This document shows, piece after piece, positions 12,995-24,832 of a stretch of 64,000 bases of DNA. Under the pieces are notes generated by a model that saw nothing but the letters and a program-made list of their open reading frames with translations, was not told the origin of the DNA and ran no database searches. A program made the position numbers and the translations under genes. Numbering within the stretch: position 1 is the first letter of the stretch; every line of letters begins with the position of its first letter. The stretch is from Pachysolen tannophilus NRRL Y-2460 (taxonomy: Eukaryota). Location: the NCBI GenBank assembly GCA_001661245.1, contig KV454018.1:501944-565943 (forward strand). Reading direction: 5' to 3'.

Positions 12995-13002
12995 CAGTCA
13001 CA
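12995..13002. promoter_or_regulatory. Homol-D box (CAGTCACA) upstream of RPS14
   Basis: Exact CAGTCACA about 210 bp upstream of the RPS14 ATG. Homol-D is a known ribosomal-protein promoter element in S. pombe and some other fungi. A variant CGGTCACA is at 13921 between RPS22 and RPL39. Confidence 0.5.
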
Positions 13003-13268
13003 ACGTTGTTCTACTCTTTTTAGAACTTATTGGTGATGTTGTACACTACTTTTTATTTTCTTTGTTTTCTTTGTTTTTTCCTTTTTGGGAGTTTTGATTG
13101 GCTTGTGCACTACCAGTGTTTTTTCTTTATCTTTTGTTAATGATTAATAGGATAATTACTACTACAAATAACAACTAGAATAAAGAGATGGATGGATACA
13201 TGTGTATATTAAATATAAATGTGAAAGAAAATTTTAAGAATTTTTTTTTTTATTATATATATATATAT

Positions 13269-13661
13269 CTAGTAAACGAAACCTAAGATCTTACCTGAAA
13301 CGTGCTTTCTTCTAGCTTCTTCATGGTCCATAATACCTGCAGAAGTTGTTAAAATAACAAAACCAAATTGTCTAGCTGGTAATAAGTTGTCTGTCCATTT
13401 TTCGATATCAGCAATCTTGACGTTGTATCTTGGTGAAATGACACCACACTTGTTCAATCTACCATTTAACTGGATAACTATTTTACCTGATCTATGATCA
13501 TCAATATATTCAAATTCACCAATGTAACCATGTTTTTGCATAACGGATAAAAATTTAATAATGACCTTTGATGATGGTCTGATCAAGACTTGACGCTTTC
13601 CAGTCTTTTCGGCATTGTTGATGGCATTTAAAGCATCGGCTAAGGCTGATGTTCTGGTCAT
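13269..13661 (-). CDS. RPS22: 40S ribosomal protein uS8/S22
   Basis: [38 protein letters not shown]...[11 protein letters not shown]. The true start is ATG at 13661; the track's longer N-terminus is poly-T noise. Confidence 0.97.
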   Translation of the reverse strand: MTRTSALADALNAINNAEKTGKRQVLIRPSSKVIIKFLSVMQKHGYIGEFEYIDDHRSGKIVIQLNGRLNKCGVISPRYNVKIADIEKWTDNLLPARQFGFVILTTSAGIMDHEEARRKHVSGKILGFVY

Positions 13662-13745
13662 TGTGCAATTGTGATGATGATGATAATGATAATATAAAAA
13701 ATGTAAAAAAGTGTAAAAAAATGTAAAAAAATGTGAAAAACTAAG

Positions 13746-13783
<38 letters not shown>

Positions 13784-14195
13784 TTACACAATTTTCTTTT
13801 TCTCTAACCAAAGAAGTGTCGTGTGAACATCATTTAAACTGGTGCAAAGATGTTTACTTTTTTTTTGTTTTTCTCTTTATAAGAATTTTTTATCTTTTTC
13901 ATTCATCTTCTTTTTTTTCGCGGTCACACTTGATTTTGTTCATTATTTCCCTTTTAGGATGCTTTAATGTTAACAAAAAATTGATTTTTTCAAAAAGTTT
14001 TTTTTATTTCATTCTTTTTTTTGGTTACAAAATGAACTACTTTTTGTTTTTTCGTTCGCTCAGTGGAAAAAATTTCAACTAAAAAAAAAAAAAGTTGCTT
14101 AATATATCACTATTTTTCATTCTTTTTTTTTTTTTTCTAATAGTTTAATAGTTTTTATAAAATTTAAAGAAAGCATAGCTTTATCATATTTAAAG

Positions 14196-14547
14196 ATGCC
14201 TGTATGTAAACTTATGAAAGAGATTAGTTGGAAATAATGTTTGAAAGAGGTGAGATGGATAGATTGAAGAAGTTTACTTGATGAGTTGAAATTTTTAGCT
14301 TTTTTGACTTCTGATATATTCATCTACTGATAATTAAAATATTGGATTTTGATTGATTTAATGAAACTTTATACTAACTTTTTTTTTTCTTTTTTAGTCC
14401 CAAAAATCATTCAAGACAAAGCAAAAGTTAGCAAAGTCTCAAAAACAAAACAGACCATTACCACAATGGATCAGATTGAAGACAGGAAACACTATTCGTT
14501 ACAATGCTAAGAGACGTCACTGGAGAAGAACTAAGTTGGGTATTTAA
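14196..14547 (+). CDS. RPL39: 60S ribosomal protein eL39; exons 14196-14201, 14398-14547
   Basis: ATG CCT|GTATGT, TACTAAC at 14372, TAG at 14397. Product [51 protein letters not shown] (51 aa). It is divergent from RPS22, as in S. cerevisiae RPS22A/RPL39. Confidence 0.97.
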
Positions 14548-15119
14548 ATTGTGTTTAATAATTTTAAAAATAATGATGAATTCGAATTTAAAATAAAATA
14601 CAAAAGATGGGTGTTCTCAAGTATTAAAAGTACATTTATTATTTTTTTTTTCATTTTAGAAAAAGTTTTATATATGAAATATAATTTTATCAATCGAGAG
14701 CTGTTTTGTTATATCAAAGAAACTGTCCCCAGTTTCCCTTTTTTTTTCTTCATGAAATGAAATGAATGGATTAGATTTAGTTCATTTATTTATTTTTCAT
14801 TCTGTATTCGTAAAGCCATTTTTATTTTGATCTTTTTGGTAAAATATGATACTCAATTTAATTTGGAGTTCAACAAAACCTAAACCTAAACCTGGCCAAT
14901 TTTTTTGTCTTGCCTTGGGCGGCCTCCTCTCTTCGCCTGGAAAGTAGTTCAGTTCCGCCTAAACTTCCATCACGAACTCAGTCGGTACTATTCGTAAAGA
15001 AACTTTTCACTTTATTTTATCATTATTATTATATATTTATATATTTTATGTTAAAGATGAAAAAAACTCATTTTTAGTTAAATGTTGTTTTAAAGATCAA
15101 CTTATAGAATAATGAATTA

Positions 15120-15396
15120 GTATGTTTTTAATTTCTTCTTGTTTGAAACAGTTTTTTTTTTTTTTTTTTTTTTTTTTCTTGATAGTAAAATTGTCCCATA
15201 AACTTTATAAAATGATGATTGCAATTTTAATTAAATATAGCTAGATAGTATATGAAAATATTTTTTTTATGACTTTTCATTGCAAAATTATCTGATTTTA
15301 AATTTGTTTATGGCTTTAAGATAGAACTGAAAACTGTTATTTTAATTAAAATTTATTACTAACACGATATAAATTAAATTTAATTTTTTTTTTTAG
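15120..15396 (+). other. Spliceosomal intron of an apparently non-coding snoRNA host transcript
   Basis: GTATGT at 15120, TACTAAC at 15357-15363, poly-T then TAG ending 15396. The flanking exons splice to ATG AAT TAA (a 2-codon ORF). Confidence 0.75.
15207..15300 (+). ncRNA. snR65: Box C/D snoRNA, snR65 orthologue (guide for 25S rRNA Um2347)
   Basis: C box ATGATGA at 15212-15218 and D box CTGA at 15292-15295, with terminal stems TAAA/TTTA and CCATAAAC/GTTTATGG. The guide GCTAGATAGTA (15240-15250) precedes a D'-like ATGA and is complementary to 25S UACUAUCUAGC; the +5 rule lands on U2347 (S. cerevisiae numbering). snR65 is also next to RPS14A in S. cerevisiae. Confidence 0.85.
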
Positions 15397-15691
15397 ACTT
15401 TAGACTTTTATACATAGAATTCAATTGAATGTTAGTTGTACTTTTTAAAAAAAAATTTCAAAATGAGCACAATGTTCAAGTTCAAAGAACAAAAACAAAA
15501 ACAAAAAAAAGAAAAAAATTTAAAAGAAATAATACAACTATACCTTAGTTGGCCTCTCTAATTCTATAAAACTGTATAGTTGTTCGTCATCCACATAACT
15601 TGAAAACGATTCATCACCCATCCAACTTTTTTTTTTTATATATTTTTTTTGACTTTATAACTTGTAATAATATAATTCTTTTGTTATTTGA

Positions 15692-16445
15692 TCAAACTTC
15701 TTCTTCAAAAACTGTCTCGATTGGTTTCTCCATAAAACTAGCATGTGATAAGACACTTACACTTGAGGCACCAATAAGCCATAAAAGAGTTGAAAGAGGA
15801 GAAGCAAGGAATCCCAATGGAATAGTAACAACTAAAAGACCTGTATATAACTGCTGAGTATTCAATGTTAAAAATGGCAATACTAAATCTTCACCTTTTA
15901 ATCTGTTAATTAAATAAACCCCAGCTACACCAAACAGAATAACAAAAACTAATAAGAGATTAGTCAATAATGAGTAAACACTCAACGTTATTACAATGAT
16001 TAAATAATTTGCTTGGAAATAACCAAGGTTATAAGTAACTCTTTGTTGAACCTCACCAAAGCTTGCTGGTTTACTGAATCTTTTGAAATCAAAAAATTCT
16101 TGTGGAGGTCTCAAATTTTGAAATTTTGTTTGAAATTCAGCAGCATTTGCCTATTTTTTTGAAAAAGAAGAAAAAAAAAATAAATAAAAAATTAGTTTTA
16201 TGATTTTATTAACATTTCATCTCTCAGATCTTTAAATAAACTTACCTTGACTGTTTCTAAATTAATATTTTGGGCCAGTTGGGCAAACTATACGTTTATG
16301 TTAGTAACTACTTGATTCATTATCTTTTGATAAAAAAGAAAATAAAGGAAAATCAACCAAACTTTGATTTCACTTTTTCTTTTTCATTTTTCCTCTTCTT
16401 TCGATATATTTATCGTCTTATACATACTCTAGTTAATTTATCCAT
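15692..16445 (-). CDS. YIP3: PRA1-family prenylated Rab acceptor Yip3; exons 16445-16428, 16287-16246, 16150-15692
   Basis: Two phase-0 introns with GTATGT/GTAAGT donors and TAG acceptors. Product MDKLTRFAQ...LRPPQEFFDFKRFSKPASFGEVQQRVTYNLGYFQANY...HASFMEKPIETVFEEEV. Confidence 0.92.
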
Positions 16446-16653
16446 ACTGAGCAATTTTTTTTAGAGAATTTTTTTAAAACAATAATTAATAAATATAAAA
16501 GATATTAACTTAAAAGAGGCCGGTTTGGTGTGTTGTTATCTTGGTTTCCCTCTTTTTGTGCTGTTAATTTCAATTTAAATTAATTAGCAAAATTTACACT
16601 ACTTTTCAAAATGCTGTAGAACACTAATATATATATTGAAGCTATTAATATGA

Positions 16654-16654
16654 A

Positions 16655-16693
<39 letters not shown>
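16654..16693 (+). repeat. (AATA)n tetranucleotide microsatellite
   Basis: About 10 tandem AATA units. Confidence 0.85.
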
Positions 16694-16738
16694 AGAGATC
16701 GATAGGTGGGTAGATGGATAGGGATAGCAATAACATAC

Positions 16739-17956
16739 TCATGTTTCAACATGCATTAATTCTCCGCTGGAGGTGTAATTTATACCATTAAACTTGAACC
16801 CTTTTTCACATCCAGCACTGAAACAGTCTTTTACAACTATCTCATCTCCATTGACAACATCCTCATTTTGAAATTTTGTTTCCTGTGAGCAACATTCAAC
16901 GTAAATTCCTTTTCTCCTTTCATCTTTTTTCAAGATTGAATTTTTTTGAATTTTTTCATTTGAACTATTATCAACCATGTAAAATTCAACTTTACAACCT
17001 GATTTCAAATATTTTGCACAATCTGGGGATAAAGCTAGCATTGCTGATTTTGTACTCCATGATCCTCCACCTCCTGCTAAGACTTGATAGTGTTCTAAAT
17101 TTTGTGACTTTGAGGAAAGATCGATTATCTTTGCAAAAACTTTAACTTCTTTGCGACAAGCTAAGATATCACTATTATTTTCCAAAAAAATTGCAGCTCC
17201 CTTACCATTAATTTTTTTAATTAAATTATATTTACAATCAGTTATTATCAATTCTTCATCATTAAAAGAAAGTTTTTTCAAAAAATTAGAAAAATTAATT
17301 TTTTCAAATTTCCCATCAAGATTAATATTTTCAAATAAAGATGATGGTATTTTGATCTTTAAAGATAAAAGATTATAACCAGAATTTTTTTGTGAATTAT
17401 CATTAATTTGCTTTCCTTGAAAATAAAACAACGTTGAAGGTTCATTGTTGTAAAAAATTGTATTAGAAATATTCAAGACTAGTTCATTTTTGTTAAATTG
17501 AATATTTAACATAGAATTAACCAATTTCCAATTATTATCATTTTTTAAACCCTTCTTTGTGATATGATCTAAATCCAGATCTGAATCCAGATGTAACCTT
17601 ACCGAATCTAAAATCTCAAAGTATTCATTCAGCCACAATTCAGAGTATCCATTCCTACAATTATGTGGGAAAATTGAATCTATAGAACCTGTTACTATTT
17701 GTAAATTTGGATATTTTTCTTGTAAACCTATACTTTTAGAAGTAATCATTGAGATATGTTGGGGAGTGGATAATAACAATAACGATTTTGGTTCCCCATT
17801 CAAATCAGATGGAGGTAAAATATCGAAAAAAATTGGGTTTAAAGTTGTTCTGGACTTGAAACATGTAGAATAAGAAAATTTTTGAACATTTGATAAAGAT
17901 GGAGATTTGATGAATTTTTGCAATGAGCCCAAAAATCGTACTTGAATATACTTCAT
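16739..17956 (-). CDS. Uncharacterised fungal protein with probable mitochondrial presequence
   Basis: About 405-aa ORF from ATG 17956. The N-terminus is rich in K/R/S/F and lacks acidic residues, and there is a conserved-looking YQVLAGGGGSW...LALSPD block. I do not recognise the function. Confidence 0.6.
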   Translation of the reverse strand: MKYIQVRFLGSLQKFIKSPSLSNVQKFSYSTCFKSRTTLNPIFFDILPPSDLNGEPKSLLLLSTPQHISMITSKSIGLQEKYPNLQIVTGSIDSIFPHNCRNGYSELWLNEYFEILDSVRLHLDSDLDLDHITKKGLKNDNNWKLVNSMLNIQFNKNELVLNISNTIFYNNEPSTLFYFQGKQINDNSQKNSGYNLLSLKIKIPSSLFENINLDGKFEKINFSNFLKKLSFNDEELIITDCKYNLIKKINGKGAAIFLENNSDILACRKEVKVFAKIIDLSSKSQNLEHYQVLAGGGGSWSTKSAMLALSPDCAKYLKSGCKVEFYMVDNSSNEKIQKNSILKKDERRKGIYVECCSQETKFQNEDVVNGDEIVVKDCFSAGCEKGFKFNGINYTSSGELMHVET

Positions 17957-18548
17957 GAACAACTAATTGTAAATCCTTAATAAAATTTTAAAAACCCCAA
18001 TCTTCTATATTCAATTCATTGTAATTTCAAGTAAATCCCAACAATCTACCATTTGATTTTAAAACTTAAGAGTAATCACACAGTAATCACACACACACAT
18101 ACACACAATTTGTTACTTTAATAGTATGTTTATGATTATGATTACTTATTTTACAACTTGTTAAAAAGGGTACAAATTTACATATTAAATAAATACACTA
18201 CTTTGACTAACAAATTAATACTAGTAAAAGATTCTTTTAATAGAAAAGCTCTATCAGTTAGATGTATATAGAGATAAAAATAGATTAAAACTTTCTTCCC
18301 AAGACCATCAACAAATTAACAAAAAAAAAGGACGGGAAGAAAGCAAGAAAGAAAGAAAGAAAGAGATAAAAGAAAAAAAAATTTTTTCTTTATTCTTTAA
18401 TTCTTTTTTTTTTCAAGTTTATGAATTAGTTGTAATTATGATTAAAGTAAAGGAAAGTAAATTTCAAATAAAAATATATTAAATCAATAATAATCCGTGT
18501 ATATATTGAGCATATATATGTTTGTAAAAATTTTTGAAGCGAATTAAT

Positions 18549-18941
<393 letters not shown>

Positions 18942-19230
18942 CTATATTAAAAGTAACGAAAAAAAAATTTTAAAAATGTTAGCCTTAAATACTCTTAATC
19001 CAATAAGATAATATATATAAACTATTCAAATATTTTTTTCAATCACTTACCTTTTATAATTTGGTTTAATTATTAAATAAAAAGTTTCAAGTTTAAAAAT
19101 AATAGTAATATAAAAATCACCTATGGACCCGACCGAAGAGAGAAAAGACCTCACTCACTACAGAAACTCTTTTTTTTTTGGGAAAAAAAATTTTTTTTTT
19201 TTTTAATTTTTTTTTTTTTCTCTCTCTTTT

Positions 19231-19464
19231 TTAGGGTTATAAGCCCTAAAAGCCCTAAGCTGATTTTTTATTAGAAGCCCAATACACGACTATTTTATTA
19301 AAAAAGATTAAAATTATCATTTGCATTAATTATTACATAATCACTACACATTGAGTCGTTCGCAAAAGGCTAAACAAAACAAAAGAAAAACGACAAAAAA
19401 GCCCCCCTTTTTTTATATCTACAGATTTATAACATATAAAAATATATGTATGTATATCACGTGA
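19231..19464. promoter_or_regulatory. Tbf1-type (TTAGGG...CCCTAA) and Cbf1-type (TCACGTGA) sites upstream of RPL40
   Basis: TTAGGGTTATAAGCCCTAA at 19231-19249, a second AGCCCTAA at 19251-19258, and TCACGTGA at 19457-19464. Tbf1+Cbf1 is the known RP-gene regulatory pair in Candida albicans. Confidence 0.6.
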
Positions 19465-19507
19465 CTATTTGGAAATTTTATTTCATTTTTTTGTTTTCAG
19501 TTAATAT

Positions 19508-21706
19508 CTAAGAGATTCCCAAATCTTTTTTAACTAAAGCAACACAAATTGGGTTATAGATTTTTTCATATTTGTAAAAAGTAGTTCTTGCTAATTCTGG
19601 ATCTACTTCATTTAATAAGACGTAGCCTGGTCTAACAAATTTCATTCTACCAACGGTACCTAACCAATCAGCTAATATTGGATAACTATCTTTAATTCTT
19701 GCTGTTAATTTCAAACGTAACCAACGGAATACAACTTCTGCATTTTTATTTTTTGAATATTTTGAATATAATTTTTCCATTGCTTGTAATGCCAATCCAG
19801 CTTCTACTGAATTCCAAGAAAATCCATCTTTCCCTTGATATGAAATAAGATCATCTATAAATACAACATTTTGATTTGCACTAAAATTTTCAATATCTGA
19901 AGTATGAAATTTTTTTTCATATTGCAGTAATGTTAATTTTTCTCTTATAGAAGAAATCCATTTTTCAGATAAACTATAACATTGATCAACTAATGTTGTA
20001 TCAAATTTTGGTTTTAAAGGTAAACCAGGAGTAAATAACCATAATTTCCAATCAATTGTATCTAATAAATTTTTTTTATCATTAAAAAATTCATATAATG
20101 AATCTAAAAATTGATATGTATCTAATGATTGTCTTTTAAATTTTTTAAAATAATATGGAATAAATGGATCAAAAATTTCTTTACCTCCCAAGATAGTTTC
20201 AATATGAAATAATAAATTAAAACCTTTTTCATATGGTACAGTACTAAAAGCATCATCTGGATCAGATTTATCTTTTAAATTTTGTACTAAACAAGAATAT
20301 CTTTTTGATTTATCACCCATAGCTTTAATAGAATTTTCTAAATCTGACCAACCAATGATTGCAGAAAAATGACGAGTTGGTTCACCATGAATTGCTCCAA
20401 TTATTCTTCTTTCAAGATAAACAGTCCAACCTTCATTTAACCAAAAATGTTCCCATGAACAATTTGTTACTAAATTACCAGACCAAGAATGAGCCAATTC
20501 ATGAGCAACAACATCAACATTTTGTCTATCACCTGAAAGTAAAGTTCTTGATAAAGTACATAAATTAACATTTTCCATACCACCATAAGGCATTGATAAA
20601 GGTAAAATAACTGAATCAAATGTATTAAATTCATAATTAAAAATTAAATTTTCTGCAGTTTTAATGAAATTTTCCATATCTGCTTCAAATTCATATTTAC
20701 AAGCATCAATTTCACATGGTTCACAATAAATTGTAGATCTAGGACCTGTTGGAGCACCAACTATATCTCCACTAACTATTGCTACTAAATAAGTTGGAAT
20801 TGGAACATCTTGTTTAAAAAAATAAGATTTTCTAGAACCATCATGAAAAGGTTGATGAATTGGTTTTGAAATGATTTTATTTTCTTTTATAGAAATTCCA
20901 GACATTAAACTTGGTAAAGGTGAATCAATTTTATAAATATAAGTTGATTTCATTGATGGAGTATCAAATGAAGGACATGCACTTCTAAAATAATGAGGTT
21001 CACATTGAGAATATAAATATGGTTGAGTATGACCAGTAGTTTGTTCTTTATCCATAAATTGTAAAGCAACACATTCTTTTGTTGTTGAATATGCAATTTG
21101 TAAAAGAAATGAAGTATTTTGTAAAGCTTTATATTTAATTACCAATGGAGCACCAAGTGGTTTAATTAATTCTTTTAATTCAAAATCATTAATTTCTTTA
21201 CCATCAATCGCCACTTTATGAATTTTTAAATATAAAGTATCTAATATAATTTCATTAATATTAGTTTTACTTGTTAATAAATAACTAACTGTTCCTGTTA
21301 TAATTTGTTTATCAAATGATACAGAAATATCTAATTCAGTTTTATCAATTTGAAAATTTAAATAATTTGAATTTGTTGAATAATCAATTTCTGGATGTTG
21401 TCTTGGAAGATAAGGAGAAATTATCTCTTTTAACTTTGGTGAAATATGATTTAACAGAGTTGATGACATTCTTGAAAATAAAATATTATTATTATTATTA
21501 TTATTGTTATTATTATTATTATTATTATTATAATTAAATTCTGATTTCAATAAACTACAAGAATAAGTACTAAAATCTTTATAAAATAAGAATTGAGTTT
21601 CCTTAATCGAACTGTACAAAGGTTTAACAAAAAATGTCAGAAATTGTCTTTTAAAATATTTTTTTAAAAATGGAACTTTAATAACAATTTTATTAATGGC
21701 ATGCAT
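19508..21706 (-). CDS. LAP2: Leukotriene A4 hydrolase-type M1 aminopeptidase Lap2 (alternative start at 21469)
   Basis: PYGGMEN, VAHELAHSWSGNLVTNCSWEHFWLNEGWTVY (HExxH...E), VPYEKG, GRMKFVRP. In-frame ATGs at 21706 and 21469. It is near YIP3, as LAP2 and YIP3 are neighbours in S. cerevisiae. Confidence 0.93.
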   Translation of the reverse strand: MHAINKIVIKVPFLKKYFKRQFLTFFVKPLYSSIKETQFLFYKDFSTYSCSLLKSEFNYNNNNNNNNNNNNNNNILFSRMSSTLLNHISPKLKEIISPYLPRQHPEIDYSTNSNYLNFQIDKTELDISVSFDKQIITGTVSYLLTSKTNINEIILDTLYLKIHKVAIDGKEINDFELKELIKPLGAPLVIKYKALQNTSFLLQIAYSTTKECVALQFMDKEQTTGHTQPYLYSQCEPHYFRSACPSFDTPSMKSTYIYKIDSPLPSLMSGISIKENKIISKPIHQPFHDGSRKSYFFKQDVPIPTYLVAIVSGDIVGAPTGPRSTIYCEPCEIDACKYEFEADMENFIKTAENLIFNYEFNTFDSVILPLSMPYGGMENVNLCTLSRTLLSGDRQNVDVVAHELAHSWSGNLVTNCSWEHFWLNEGWTVYLERRIIGAIHGEPTRHFSAIIGWSDLENSIKAMGDKSKRYSCLVQNLKDKSDPDDAFSTVPYEKGFNLLFHIETILGGKEIFDPFIPYYFKKFKRQSLDTYQFLDSLYEFFNDKKNLLDTIDWKLWLFTPGLPLKPKFDTTLVDQCYSLSEKWISSIREKLTLLQYEKKFHTSDIENFSANQNVVFIDDLISYQGKDGFSWNSVEAGLALQAMEKLYSKYSKNKNAEVVFRWLRLKLTARIKDSYPILADWLGTVGRMKFVRPGYVLLNEVDPELARTTFYKYEKIYNPICVALVKKDLGIS

Positions 21707-22779
21707 AAGATAGATAGATAGATAGATAAATGGATGGATGGGGATCACTTTGTCACTTTGTCACTTTGTGAGTTTCTCAAGAAAAAGTCAACAAATTGTG
21801 TAATCTTAAAAATTAACATTACAATTCAATCATCACAGTTTTTTCTTTGCTTGTTCTTTGTTTTTTTTTTTCTTGTTTTTATGTTTTTTTGATATCTTAC
21901 TGAACGACCTTCTTGTATTGTCATTTTCTCTTTTATCTTTTTATCAAAAAAAAAAAAAAAAAAAAAAAAGTTTTTCTAAAATTTCTTCCTGTTTTTGTTT
22001 TACTTTGTTCTTACCGTAATCCGGATTTGTTTTTTAATTTTTAATTTCCGGTGTCGTGTCCTTCTTTCCTTTCACCCTCTTTTTTTTTTTATTTTTTTTT
22101 TTTTTTTTTTGGTTCTCTTTGTTCGAAAAAGGTAGTTTTTTTTTTCTCCGCTGTTCTTGGAAATTCATTTTTTATTTGTTGTTGTTGTTGTTGTTGTTAT
22201 TGTTGTGTTTCTGTTTTGGGTGAAACACGGTCAGTTCACCGAGTGTTTCCTATTACAGTAATATCTGTGACAATTATTTCGGCCAACTCACCTTTTTCAT
22301 TTCCATAAACAGTATAAATGTGGCAATTCTAATCTTTTTAATTTTTAATTTTAAACGTATGTATTATTTAACGACGATAACTTAAAAAGAAAATAATAGA
22401 TCATTATCATCATCTTTTAACGTGTGATAGAAAATTCTAGAGATAGATAAATAGATATTTTTAAAGAATTTAAGAATTGTAAAGATACATTCAACAAAGT
22501 CTTTGTTTTACAATTACAAGAAATTAAAAGTAGGAAAAAATAAAACAAAAAAAAGTATTTAAACACTTAAATTTGACACTTACTAAATTTTTATAAAGAA
22601 AAAAGAAAAAGAAAAAAAAATTTTAAACTTTTTGTTTATAATCTGGGTTTGTAATATGATGATATAAAAGAAAGAAAAGAAAAGGAAAAAAAAAAAAAAA
22701 ACACGGTATTATTTATATTAATATAAAATTAAAAAGAAAGAAAGAAAGAAAGAAAAATAAAAAAGCTGCTGAGTTGTAA

Positions 22780-24483
22780 ATGGAAGAACAAAAAGATTAT
22801 CAAGCTGGAACTTTTACAATAAATATGGTAAATAGTGATTTTTCAGGTGATGATGATATAGTAGTGCCTGTGAAAACAAGTGATGAATCTATTATCAATA
22901 GAGATACTGTACTTAAACCAAAAGATGATGAAGATAATACTTCTATGTTAATGACTTTCCATGACTCGAAACCTTCTGTTTTAGTTGTTGTATTGACTTT
23001 TGTTGCATCAATTTCTGGTTTTATGTTTGGTTATGATACTGGTTATATTTCTTCTGCATTGGTTGCAATTGGAACTGATTTTGGAAAAACTTTAACTTAT
23101 GGAGAAAAAGAATTAATTACATCTGCAACTTCTTTAGGTGCTTTGATTTCTTCAATTATAGCAGGTCTTTCAGCAGATATAGTAGGTAGAAGACCAGTTA
23201 TAATGTCATCAAATATTTTATTTATTGTTGGTAGTGCTATACAATGTGGTGCTCATTCACTTTGGGTTATGATTGGTGGTAGATTTGTTATGGGTTTTGG
23301 TGTTGGTATTGGATCCTTAGTTGCTCCTTTATATATAAGTGAATTGGCTCCTACCAAATATAGAGGTAGATTAGTTATAATCAATTGTTTGGCAATTACT
23401 GGAGGTCAATTAATTGCTTATGCTATTGGTGCAGGTCTAACCCAAGTTAATAATGGTTGGAGGATTCTTGTTGGACTTTCAATAATCCCACCTTTAGTTC
23501 AATTAGTTACTTTTTTCTTTTTACCTGATACTCCAAGATTTTTAATTTCAAAAGGTAAAATTGATGAAGCTGAAAAAGTTTTGAAAAAAACTTATAATTC
23601 TGCAAGTGATGATTTAATTAAAACTAAAATTGAAGAATTAAATAATTTAAATAAAATTTTACCAGGAAATAACCCATTACAAAAAACATGGAATGGTATT
23701 AAAGAAATTCATAGAGTCCCTTCAAATTTTAGAGGATTAATCATTGCATGTGGTTTACAAGGTATTCAACAATTTACAGGTTGGAATTCTTTAATGTATT
23801 TTTCTAGTACCATTTTTGAAGCAATTGGTTTTCAAGACTCAACTGCTGTTTCAATTATAATTGCAGGAACAAATTTCATTTTCACCATTGTTGCATTTTT
23901 CGTTATAGATAGAGTTGGACGTCGTCGTATCTTACTTATTGGTATACCAGGTATGATAATCATGTTGGTTTTATGTTCTATTTCATTCCATTTCATAGAT
24001 ATAACTTTCTCAGGTTCTACCGCTGTGATAGACAATTCAGATGGTTCTGTATCTGGTTGGGGTATAGTCGTTATAGTTGCCATGATTTGCTTTGCTGCTT
24101 CTTACGCTGTTGGTATTGGTAATGTTCCATGGCAACAAAGTGAATTATTCCCACAATCAGTTAGAGCTGTTGGTGCTTCTTACGCAACTGCTACTAACTG
24201 GGCAGGTTCATTGGTTATTGCATCTACATTCTTGACAATGTTACAAAACATCACACCAACTGGTACATTTGCCCTCTTTGCAGCAATTGGTGTTGTATCA
24301 TTAGTATTTGTCATATTCTGCTATCCTGAATTATCTAACTTGGAATTAGAAGAAGTTCAACAAGTACTTACTGGAGGTTTCAATATCGTTGCTTCCCAAA
24401 AATTGGCTAAAGCACAACGTCTTTCATCTAAAGAAATTGATGTCGAAAAAAAATCTACAGGTGAAGCATTTATTAAAGTATAA
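22780..24483 (+). CDS. ITR1: myo-inositol transporter (MFS sugar porter), copy 1
   Basis: [84 protein letters not shown]. Confidence 0.9.
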   Translation: MEEQKDYQAGTFTINMVNSDFSGDDDIVVPVKTSDESIINRDTVLKPKDDEDNTSMLMTFHDSKPSVLVVVLTFVASISGFMFGYDTGYISSALVAIGTDFGKTLTYGEKELITSATSLGALISSIIAGLSADIVGRRPVIMSSNILFIVGSAIQCGAHSLWVMIGGRFVMGFGVGIGSLVAPLYISELAPTKYRGRLVIINCLAITGGQLIAYAIGAGLTQVNNGWRILVGLSIIPPLVQLVTFFFLPDTPRFLISKGKIDEAEKVLKKTYNSASDDLIKTKIEELNNLNKILPGNNPLQKTWNGIKEIHRVPSNFRGLIIACGLQGIQQFTGWNSLMYFSSTIFEAIGFQDSTAVSIIIAGTNFIFTIVAFFVIDRVGRRRILLIGIPGMIIMLVLCSISFHFIDITFSGSTAVIDNSDGSVSGWGIVVIVAMICFAASYAVGIGNVPWQQSELFPQSVRAVGASYATATNWAGSLVIASTFLTMLQNITPTGTFALFAAIGVVSLVFVIFCYPELSNLELEEVQQVLTGGFNIVASQKLAKAQRLSSKEIDVEKKSTGEAFIKV

Positions 24484-24832
24484 ATTTATAATCTAAAATG
24501 TTACTCTCATTTCCTTCTTTTATTCTCTTAGTTTGACAATAGAATGCTAATATAATATTTAATTTATTCCTTATTCAAATGATTTAAAATCTAGAATAGT
24601 ATAATAGTAGTACCCATTCGTCGTAGCATTTAATTAATTATATAAAGTTTTATCTCTTTTGTGGTGGTGAAGATTTTCTGCTGGAGTTAATTTTTTTTTC
24701 TTTTTTTTTGATTTTTTTTTTATTTTATTTGTTTTTATAATTATTATAAATAAACAACCAGAATCATTCATTAAAGAATACATCATTTGATTATTTGTTT
24801 TTTGTTTTTTTGTGGTGTTATTGTTTGAAGTT

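Noticed and set aside
12963..13080. Imperfect inverted repeat between RPS14 and RPS22 as an H/ACA snoRNA (snR189-like)
   Set aside because: The arms are low-complexity A/G and T/C tracts; I could not identify H/ACA boxes or pockets, and the region holds promoter motifs.
14278..14331. TGATGA...CTGA in the RPL39 intron as a C/D snoRNA
   Set aside because: Only ~50 nt, no recognisable rRNA guide; better explained as a local hairpin.
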